From: an uncultured Deinococcales bacterium
GTDB lineage: Bacteria > Deinococcota > Deinococci > Deinococcales > JAAFIG01
Length of the DNA stretch: 10,599 nt
Direction of reading: 5' to 3'
Assembly (NCBI GenBank): GCA_964247135.1
Contig: CAXTTL010000170.1
Span: 1 to 10,599, forward strand
Within the stretch, counting starts at the first letter, position 1, and every line of letters starts with the position of its first letter. The notes under the pieces are model-generated. The model saw only the letters and a program-made list of their open reading frames with translations, had not been told where the DNA came from and did not search any database. Positions 1 to 6,309 of the stretch are shown piece after piece. The position numbers and the translations under genes are program-made.

Positions 1-94
1 TCGGCAAAACCCAATTTAATGCTTGCGCCAACGCCGTGCCAAGGGTGGTTTTGCCAGAACCCAAAACGCCCATCACAACGATGGCTCGGGTCAC
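1..94 (-). CDS. Gluconokinase (GntK/IdnK-like P-loop kinase), 5' part only; runs off the left window edge
   Basis: Not in the ORF track. Manual translation from GTG at 94 gives MTRAIVVMGVLGSGKTTLGTALAQALNW..., matching the gluconokinase N-terminal pattern (hhMGVSGSGKST-G--LA--LGW) with a Walker A motif. Confidence 0.7.
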   Translation of the reverse strand, partial: MTRAIVVMGVLGSGKTTLGTALAQALNWVLP

Positions 95-144
95 AACGAA
101 CCCTGACGGCTTTTCTGACGCATGATGCAACCCAATATAACCGT

Positions 145-150
145 TAAACT
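145..150 (+). promoter_or_regulatory. Putative -10 element (TAAACT) for a leaderless nucS transcript
   Basis: TANNNT hexamer 6 nt upstream of GTG 157, with no Shine-Dalgarno sequence. Confidence 0.55.
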
Positions 151-156
151 GCTGTC

Positions 157-910
157 GTGAACCCGCAGATTCTCGAGCAACCCAGCACCAGTGAACTTGA
201 AGTGTTTTTGCAAGAACACCTTCGCAGGAAAAAGTTTGTCCAAATCGCTGGCACTTGCGAGGTCGTTTACGTCGGACGCGCCCGCCAGCCTGACCGAAGC
301 CGGCGATTACGTCGTGATGGTGAAAAGCGACGGCAGCATTCAGGTTCACGGCGCCAGGGGGGTCAAACCCATCAACTGGCAACCGCGCACCGACGACCTG
401 CGGGTGACCCGAGACGAAGATGACCGCCTGATGCTGCTCGCCGAGCGTTTCAAACCCAACGAACTGGTGCAGGTCACGTTCAGAAAAGTTTTTATGGCGT
501 TTTCTCTCGAGCTTCGGGATGAAAAAATGTTCCAACTGCACGGTTCAGAAGCCCAAATGCACGAGGCACTGGCGCAAAACCCAGGCAGCATCGAACCAGG
601 TTTGCGCGTCCTCGAGCGCGAACTGCTGGTCGGGGTGGGCGGCATTGACCTGTACGCGATGGACAACCTTGGGCGCTACGTGATCGTCGAGGTCAAACGC
701 GCCAAAGCCACCCAAGAAGCCGTGCATCAACTCGAGCGCTACGTCAATGCCGTGCGCGAACAAGTGCCAGGTGAAGTGCGTGGGATTCTGGCGGCGCCCA
801 GCATTTCAACCCCAGCCCGCACCGTGCTCGAGAAATTGGGACTCGAGTTTCTCGAGTTGAACGCACTGCCAGAGGAGAACAAACCAGTGCCGCAGATGGC
901 GTTGTTTTAA
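157..910 (+). pseudogene. nucS: Endonuclease NucS/EndoMS (mismatch-specific), about 250 aa if repaired; +1 frameshift at the CCC run 281-283 (true lesion or sequencing error)
   Basis: ORF 157..423 supplies the N-terminus (…IAGTCEVVYVGRA). ORF 191..910 supplies the rest (ASLTEAGDYVVMVKSDGSIQVH…KPINWQP…GSEAQM…GGIDLYAMD…VIVEVKR…AVHQLERYV…RGILAAP). Removing one C at 281-283 joins them as YVGRA-ASL, the typical NucS C-V-Y-GR motif followed by the RecB-like D…EVK/QLxRY nuclease motifs. Confidence 0.88.
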
Positions 911-971
911 AGCTCGAGCGTCAAAGTCATTTTTGCTCGGGTCACAAATAAATTTTTAGTTTTGAAAACCC

Positions 972-1646
972 TTACTGCATCCGCAGCACATAACCGACGT
1001 TGCGAATCGTTTGCAACAAACGCGGTTCGCCATTTTCCTCGAGTTTTTGGCGCAACTGCGAGACAAAAACTTCGACCACGTTGTCGTCACCAAAAAATTC
1101 TTCGCCCCAGACCCGATCCAGCAAGTATTTTTTGCTCATCACACGTTCGGGTTGCTCGAGAAATTCTTGAAGCAACCTGAATTCGCGGCTGGTCAGGGTC
1201 AGAACCCTGGTGCCGCGTTTGGCGACGAATGCGCCGACATCGAGCACGATGTCGTCAAAGCGCAGTAAATTCGAGATGGTTCCGTTTGATCGGCGTTCGA
1301 TGGCGCGAATCCGTGCCATCAGAACGTCAAAGTGAACGGGTTTGATCACGTAATCGTCTGCGCCGGTGTTCAAGCCTTCCATTTGGGCTTCCGGTTCGTC
1401 GTTGGCGGTCAGCATGATCACGGGCAGTTGTACGTCTGCGGCGCGGAGGCGGCGCAGGACTTCAAAACCGTCGATGCCTGGCATCATCAAATCCAAGATC
1501 ATCAGGTGCGGTGCGCGGTCCAGGGCGGCGCGTAAGCCGGTTTCGCCACTTTCGGCGGTTTCGACTTGAAAACCTTCAAAGGACAAGCCGCGTTTCAAAA
1601 AGTTACGAACGCTGACGTCATCGTCGATCACCAAAATGCGTTTCAC
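972..1646 (-). CDS. OmpR/PhoB-family response regulator (REC plus winged helix), MprA-like; no adjacent co-oriented kinase
   Basis: Receiver motifs ILVIDDD, ILDLMMPGIDG, LTA and GADDYVIKP; winged-helix motifs LTSREFRLL, NVVEVFVSQLRQKLE and IQTIRNVGY-type C-terminus (LQTIRNVGYVLR). Confidence 0.95.
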   Translation of the reverse strand: MKRILVIDDDVSVRNFLKRGLSFEGFQVETAESGETGLRAALDRAPHLMILDLMMPGIDGFEVLRRLRAADVQLPVIMLTANDEPEAQMEGLNTGADDYVIKPVHFDVLMARIRAIERRSNGTISNLLRFDDIVLDVGAFVAKRGTRVLTLTSREFRLLQEFLEQPERVMSKKYLLDRVWGEEFFGDDNVVEVFVSQLRQKLEENGEPRLLQTIRNVGYVLRMQ

Positions 1647-1653
1647 AGTCTTT

Positions 1654-1659
1654 AATTTA
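1654..1659 (-). promoter_or_regulatory. Putative -10 element (TAAATT) for a leaderless response-regulator transcript
   Basis: TANNNT hexamer 7 nt upstream of GTG 1646, with no Shine-Dalgarno sequence. Confidence 0.55.
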
Positions 1660-1682
1660 CAACCAATGGCTACAGATTTTGG

Positions 1683-1710
1683 TTGAAGCCAAACTGAGGG
1701 CGAGCTGAGG
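1683..1710 (-). promoter_or_regulatory. Triple direct-repeat operator (CCTCAG-N5-CCTCAG-N5-CTTCAA), OmpR/MprA-box-like
   Basis: 11-bp periodicity. Shares 16 identical bp (CCTCAGTTTGGCTTCA) with the box at 2693-2708. The middle repeat begins 39 bp upstream of the -10 element. Confidence 0.65.
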
Positions 1711-1734
1711 ATGCCCTTGCAGTGTCAAAAAATG

Positions 1735-1791
1735 GCGCTAGAGCTTGAGCTGGAATGCGCTAGAGCTTGAGCTGGAATCTCGAGCCGGAAT
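1735..1791. repeat. 22-bp perfect tandem duplication plus a degenerate partial third copy
   Basis: GCGCTAGAGCTTGAGCTGGAAT at 1735-1756 and 1757-1778, followed by CTCGAGCCGGAAT at 1779-1791 (11/13 match to the 3' part of the unit). Confidence 0.9.
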
Positions 1792-1800
1792 ACAATGTCA

Positions 1801-1819
1801 AAATTCAGGCGAAATTCAG
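1801..1819 (+). promoter_or_regulatory. Direct-repeat operator upstream of dps (AAATTCAG-N3-AAATTCAG), with candidate -10 TAAACT at 1852-1857
   Basis: 8-bp repeats with 11-bp period and the same YTCAG core as the other boxes. Confidence 0.5.
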
Positions 1820-1906
1820 TTGATGCCAAGCTTGTCCACAAGTCTCGATTCTAAACTTTGGTTTGTTTAAGCTTTGAAAATTCGCATCATCCTTGGAGGC
1901 AAGACC

Positions 1907-2479
1907 ATGTCAAAGAAAACAGACGTGAAACCAATCCTTAAAAAGACGGAAGCCAAACCAAAAGCAAGCGCCGATGCCAAAAAAGTGATGTTTGAAAACA
2001 GCATCGACATGAAAGTCCAAACCCGAGAGACGATGATTGGCATTTTGAATGCTCGACTGGCGGATTCTAGCGATTTGTACTCGCAGCTCAAACAGGCGCA
2101 TTGGAATGTCAAGGGAATGCAGTTCATTGCCATTCACGAACTGTTCGACGAGGTCGCCTCAGAGGTTTTGGGTTTTGTCGATGATATTGCCGAACGCGCC
2201 ACGGAGTTGGGCGGTTATGTTTACGGCACGGTGCGCTCCGCCGCCCAAACCTCGAATTTGCCCGAGTACGATTTGGAGGCGGTCAGTTGCCAGGAGCATT
2301 TGGAGGCGGTTGTGGCTCGGGTGGCGGCGTTTGGGGCGCTGGTGCGTCAGAACATCAAGGACACCCAGGATGATCTTGATACCGCCGATTTGTTTACCGA
2401 GATCAGCCGCGCGATTGACAAGAAGCTCTGGTTTCTCGAGGCGCATTTGTTGGATTCACCAGCTAAGAGGTCAACATGA
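1907..2479 (+). CDS. dps: Dps family DNA-protecting ferritin-like protein with a Lys-rich N-terminal tail (190 aa)
   Basis: Ferroxidase-centre motifs KQAHWNVKG…IHELFDE, DDIAERATELGG, D-DTADLFTE and DKKLWFLEAH. GGAGG at 1895-1899 favours ATG 1907 over TTG 1874. Confidence 0.95.
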   Translation: MSKKTDVKPILKKTEAKPKASADAKKVMFENSIDMKVQTRETMIGILNARLADSSDLYSQLKQAHWNVKGMQFIAIHELFDEVASEVLGFVDDIAERATELGGYVYGTVRSAAQTSNLPEYDLEAVSCQEHLEAVVARVAAFGALVRQNIKDTQDDLDTADLFTEISRAIDKKLWFLEAHLLDSPAKRST

Positions 2480-2658
2480 ATCCGGTAAAAGCCCCCAAAC
2501 CGCCAGCCGCTTCGAATCAAGCCGATGCCTTGCACGAGGAACTCAAACCCAAAGACGCGCCAACGCCCAAAGCCAGCCGTGGTCTTGGCGCCAAAGAAGA
2601 ACAGATGAATGAAAATCAAGTTTCAAACGAGAAAGGCAGCGATTCGCCTGGCGGTTGA
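2476..2658 (+). CDS. Small hydrophilic, probably disordered hypothetical protein (60 aa), translationally coupled to dps
   Basis: ATGA start/stop overlap with dps, GAGG upstream, and a P/A/K/E/S-rich sequence with no hydrophobic core. Confidence 0.6.
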   Translation: MNPVKAPKPPAASNQADALHEELKPKDAPTPKASRGLGAKEEQMNENQVSNEKGSDSPGG

Positions 2659-2681
2659 GTCAGACTTTGGTTTGGGTGGCG

Positions 2682-2709
2682 CCTCAGTTTGTCCTCAGTT
2701 TGGCTTCAG
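2682..2709 (+). promoter_or_regulatory. Triple direct-repeat operator (CCTCAG-N5-CCTCAG-N5-CTTCAG) upstream of the kinase operon; -10 candidates GATAAT/TAATCT at 2732-2739
   Basis: 11-bp periodic repeats at 2682, 2693 and 2704, with nearly the same spacing to the -10 element as the box at 1683-1710. Confidence 0.65.
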
Positions 2710-2744
2710 GTTTTTTTGAGGCTGAATTGGGGATAATCTTGCTC

Positions 2745-4232
2745 ATGATGTTGGCGCCGCTCAAAAACAATTCGTTGTTGGCGTGGTTTTACCGCGCAAA
2801 ACTCAGCACCAAGCTCGATCTGTTGGTGGTTATGATTTTGATTCCTTCGCTTTTTATGACCGCCACAATGGTTTTTGTGGCGGCTCGTTTGCAAGAAAAA
2901 TCTGCTTTGACCGCCTCGTACCGTATTGAACTCTTAAACGCCGCAGCCTTGCAAACGGGTTTGTTGAATGTCGAAACTGGGTTGCGCGGCTATGCCCTGA
3001 GCGCCCAACCAGGTTTTCTTGATCCGTACAAATTGGGGCTTGAACAGATCAAGACCGCGCTCGAGAATTTGAGTGAAAACGCACTTTTTCTGTCAGAGTT
3101 GAACGATGTGAAAGCCTCAGTCGACAATTACCTCGCCTGGGTGAAAAGCCAGTTGCAACTGGGTGATCTGAACGCGCAAATTTTTAAGTCTGTGGTGGCA
3201 CCGGCTGGTAAGGTTCGGTTTGATCGTCTTCGGGTGCAGTTGACCGACCTTTACGATAAATCTCAAAAAGCGTTTTTGAATGGCAGAAAAGAGGTGACTG
3301 GTTTGATCGGTTGGGTTCAAATTCTGCCCTGGACCTTGTTTGCCCTGATCGCCATCGCTGGCTTGCTGGTGCGCCGAGGCTTGCAGGTGTTTGTCTTGCA
3401 TCCACTCAAATTGATTGAACAGACCACCGAGGCGCAACTGATCGGTGATGAGGATTTAAGAACCAAAATTACCAGTCCCGACGAAATCGGACGGCTTGCC
3501 CTCAGTCTCAACTCCTCTTACGATGCCGTGCGAACCAGAACCGAAGCCCTGAGGCGCTCCAACGCCGACCTCGAGCAGTTCGCTTATGTGGCAACGCACG
3601 ACCTTCAAGAACCGCTGCGCATGATCTCGAGTTACACCCAGCTTCTCGAGAAACGCTACAAGGGTCAACTTGACAGCCGCGCCGATCAGTACATTCATTA
3701 CGCCGTGGACGGTGCAAACCGAATGCAGCGCCTGATTCAGGATTTGCTGGCGTTTTCGAGGTTGAACCGGCAAGCCCCAAAGATGCAGGCAGTCGATTCT
3801 GGCGCTGTGCTGCAAAGTGCCCTGCGTTCGCTCGAGATGGCGACGGAGGGGGCAACAGTGAATGTCATTGGCACCATGCCTTTGGTCATGGCTGACGAGG
3901 GTCAGCTCGAGCAGGTGTTTACCAACCTGATTGGCAATGCCCTAAAATTTCGTCGTCCGAATACGGCGCACAGGGTCGAAATTACCAGCGAGCCGGAGTC
4001 CAACGAGGAGTGGCGTTTTGCAATCAGTGACAACGGAATTGGAATTGAACAGGCTTATTTCGACCGAATTTTTACGATTTTTCAGCGCCTCAACACCAGG
4101 GAAGTCTTTGCGGGCAGCGGTATCGGCTTGAGCATTGTCAAAAGAATTATCGAGTATCACGGTGGTCGCATTTGGCTGAGCAGTCAACCCGATCAGGGCA
4201 CCACTTTTTACTTCACCCTGAAAGCAGCCTAA
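2745..4232 (+). CDS. Membrane sensor histidine kinase: TM-CHASE3-TM-HAMP-HisKA-HATPase (bacteriophytochrome/Cph1-type kinase core)
   Basis: CHASE3 motif LLNVETGLRGYALS…FLDPY…GKVRFDRLR; two hydrophobic segments; HAMP motif PLK…DEIGRLA; H-box LEQFAYVATHDLQEPLRMI; NLIGNALKF, DNGIGI, FTIFQRL and GSGIGL. Start placed at ATG 2745 (or 2748) because the upstream TTG 2655 extension covers promoter sequence. Confidence 0.92.
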   Translation: MMLAPLKNNSLLAWFYRAKLSTKLDLLVVMILIPSLFMTATMVFVAARLQEKSALTASYRIELLNAAALQTGLLNVETGLRGYALSAQPGFLDPYKLGLEQIKTALENLSENALFLSELNDVKASVDNYLAWVKSQLQLGDLNAQIFKSVVAPAGKVRFDRLRVQLTDLYDKSQKAFLNGRKEVTGLIGWVQILPWTLFALIAIAGLLVRRGLQVFVLHPLKLIEQTTEAQLIGDEDLRTKITSPDEIGRLALSLNSSYDAVRTRTEALRRSNADLEQFAYVATHDLQEPLRMISSYTQLLEKRYKGQLDSRADQYIHYAVDGANRMQRLIQDLLAFSRLNRQAPKMQAVDSGAVLQSALRSLEMATEGATVNVIGTMPLVMADEGQLEQVFTNLIGNALKFRRPNTAHRVEITSEPESNEEWRFAISDNGIGIEQAYFDRIFTIFQRLNTREVFAGSGIGLSIVKRIIEYHGGRIWLSSQPDQGTTFYFTLKAA

Positions 4233-4244
4233 AGGACCAAAACC

Positions 4245-4679
4245 ATGCCAAACAGTGGAACAAAAATGATCGAAATTTTGTTGGTCGAAGACAACCCTGG
4301 CGATGTTCAACTCACCAGAGAGGCGTTTTTGGAGGGCAAAATTCGCAACAACATGACCGTCATGCGCGACGGCGTGGAGGCTTTTGAATACCTTCAAACC
4401 CCTGGTGTTGCCCGTCCAGACATCATTTTGCTCGACCTGAACTTGCCGCGCATGGGTGGTTTGGAGGTGCTCGAGAAAATCAAAGACGATCTGGAATTGC
4501 GGGTGATTCCGGTGGTGATTTTGACCACCTCGCAGGACGAGGCAGACATTGCCAAATCTTACCGCTCGCACGCCAATTGCTATATCGCCAAACCGGTGGA
4601 TTTTGAAAAATTTATGCAGGTGGTTCGCAGTTTGGAAGATTTTTGGCTGACCGTGGTCAGGCTGCCGTCTCATTCATGA
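4245..4679 (+). CDS. Single-domain response regulator of the Rcp1/bacteriophytochrome-RR type
   Basis: ILLVEDNPGD, PDIILLDLNLP, LTTS, ANCYIAKP and the C-terminal FWLTVVRLP. AAGGA RBS upstream; lies immediately after a Cph1-type kinase. Confidence 0.93.
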   Translation: MPNSGTKMIEILLVEDNPGDVQLTREAFLEGKIRNNMTVMRDGVEAFEYLQTPGVARPDIILLDLNLPRMGGLEVLEKIKDDLELRVIPVVILTTSQDEADIAKSYRSHANCYIAKPVDFEKFMQVVRSLEDFWLTVVRLPSHS

Positions 4680-6202
4680 AGGCGGTTTACGAGCGTACCC
4701 ATATGAGAATTCTTTTGGTCGAGGACAACCCGGGCGATGCCTTGCTGGTTCGGGAGTATCTTTCCGAAGCGGACCCCAGTGTCGAATTGATCCACAAAAC
4801 CAGCCTGCAAGATTCTGCCGGCATTCTTGGGGAAAACAACATCGACGCCGTTTTGTTGGACCTCTCCTTGCCCGACACCCAAGGACTCGAGACGGTTTAC
4901 AAAGCCAGGGAATTGGCGCCGCATCATCCGATTGTGGTGCTCAGCGGCATCAGCGACCGCGAGACCGCCGTATTAGCATTGCAAAACGGTGCCCAAGACT
5001 TTTTGGTCAAAGGGCAGGGCAATGGCGACGACATTCTGCGGGCGTTAAAGTACGCCGTCGAACGCGCAGAATTGCTGCAAAAACTCGAGCAGAGCAACAC
5101 CCAACTCGAGATCAGTTCGGGTTTGGCACTTCATGCCGCGCGAATGGTGGCTTGGGACTGGTGCATCGAAGATGACACGTTAACCATGTCCAAAAATGCC
5201 AGCGAGGTGCTGGGCGCGAACGCCACCTGGGCAACCTTTCAGCTACGCAACAACGACATTCACCGCGAGGACCTTACAGCCTATCTCGAGGTGATTGACC
5301 GCGCCCAGCAAAACAAAGAGGCGTACCAAGCCAGTTTCAGAATTTGGAATCAAAGCACCCGCGAAAACATTTGGGTCGAAGAGTACGGCATGGCAAGGTT
5401 GGACACCAAAGGCAAAGTGATTGACATCAATGGGGTCACCCAAGACATCACCGAACGTAAAATAGCCGACATGACCCTGCGCCGCATCATTGAAGCCCAA
5501 AAGCGTTTTGTGGGCGATGCCGCCCACGAACTTCGCGCCCCGTTGACCAGCATTCAAGGCAACCTCGAGTTGCTGCGGCGCTACCCGAACATGCCGCCGG
5601 TTGACCGCAAGGAGACCACCGAAGATGCCTACCGCGAGGCGGCACGCTTGGGGCGGTTGGTCAACGACCTGTTGGCGCTGGCTCGGGGCGACGCGGGCGA
5701 GGGCTTACGCCTCGAGCCGATCCATTTGCATGAGCTGGTGGGTGAAAGTTTACGTCATGCCCAACACCTGACCAAAAACCATCATTTTGAACTGCTGAGT
5801 CTCAAGCATTGCACCGTCGAAGCCGACCATGACCGTATCCAACAATTAATGCTGATCTTGCTCGAGAATGCCATCAAGTACACGCCAGACGGCGGCTGGA
5901 TTCGGGTTTCGCTCGATTGCGATCCCCAGTGGGCAGAAATTCGGGTGCAAGACAGCGGCATCGGTATTTCTGAGGAGCACCTGACCCAGGTGTTCGAGCG
6001 TTTTTACCGCGTTGACAAGGGACGCCCGAGGGGCACCGACCCTGGCGGCACAGGTTTGGGCTTGCCCATTGCCAAATGGATTGTCGCCCAACACGGCGGC
6101 GAGATTTTTCTCGAGAGTGAAGTTGGCGTTGGGACGCTGGCGATTGTGCGTTTAAGAATTTCTGGCTCGAGTGAGCATCTGGGTCAAATTGAAGCTGTTT
6201 GA
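4676..6202 (+). CDS. Cytoplasmic hybrid kinase: REC-PAS-HisKA-HATPase
   Basis: N-terminal receiver (ILLVEDNPGD, LLDLSLPD, GAQDFLVK); PAS region (WDW…IHRED…GVTQDITERK); H-box RFVGDAAHELRAPLT; LLENAIKY, DSGIGI, FERFYR and GGTGLGL. Start is either ATG 4676 (ATGA overlap) or ATG 4703. Confidence 0.92.
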   Translation: MKAVYERTHMRILLVEDNPGDALLVREYLSEADPSVELIHKTSLQDSAGILGENNIDAVLLDLSLPDTQGLETVYKARELAPHHPIVVLSGISDRETAVLALQNGAQDFLVKGQGNGDDILRALKYAVERAELLQKLEQSNTQLEISSGLALHAARMVAWDWCIEDDTLTMSKNASEVLGANATWATFQLRNNDIHREDLTAYLEVIDRAQQNKEAYQASFRIWNQSTRENIWVEEYGMARLDTKGKVIDINGVTQDITERKIADMTLRRIIEAQKRFVGDAAHELRAPLTSIQGNLELLRRYPNMPPVDRKETTEDAYREAARLGRLVNDLLALARGDAGEGLRLEPIHLHELVGESLRHAQHLTKNHHFELLSLKHCTVEADHDRIQQLMLILLENAIKYTPDGGWIRVSLDCDPQWAEIRVQDSGIGISEEHLTQVFERFYRVDKGRPRGTDPGGTGLGLPIAKWIVAQHGGEIFLESEVGVGTLAIVRLRISGSSEHLGQIEAV

Positions 6203-6225
6203 CAAAATTGAAGACGATTTCTGAT

Positions 6226-6255
6226 TCGACAGAAGACTTTTGTTTCCTGTAGAAT
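6226..6255 (+). promoter_or_regulatory. Candidate sigma70-type promoter (TCGACA-N18-TAGAAT) for the third kinase
   Basis: 5/6 matches to both consensus hexamers in an AT-rich intergenic region. Confidence 0.4.
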
Positions 6256-6309
6256 CAAAATCCAGGCAAATTCGGTATTACTTACTCATTTTGTCCAGGC
6301 AGGTCGTGC

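Noticed and set aside
191-283. ORF-track start of the 239-aa NucS ORF (MNLKCFCKNTF…)
   Set aside because: The conserved NucS N-terminus is in the 157 frame; this segment is an out-of-frame by-product of the frameshift.
1735-1791. Possible CRISPR array or iteron set
   Set aside because: Repeats are directly adjacent with no spacers, there are only about 2.5 copies, and no cas or rep gene is present.
2655-2744. N-terminal extension of kinase 1 from TTG 2655
   Set aside because: It has no RBS and overlaps the operator repeats, a T-run and the -10 element; ATG 2745/2748 is more plausible.
3942-4673. 243-aa antisense ORF and other long shadow ORFs (2049-2612, 9438-9965, 9506-9919, 7683-8060)
   Set aside because: They overlap well-supported genes in other frames or strands, with no motifs or RBS; these are expected shadows of coding sequence.
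2745-4679. Bacteriophytochrome (light sensor) call for kinase 1 with Rcp1
   Set aside because: Only the kinase core is phytochrome-like; there is no PAS-GAF-PHY module or DIP/PRxSF motif, and the input is a membrane-flanked CHASE3 domain.
6261-6301. TCCAGGCA repeated 33 bp apart upstream of kinase 3 as another regulator box
   Set aside because: The intermediate positions do not keep the 11-bp YTCAG period, and the site lies downstream of the candidate -10 element.
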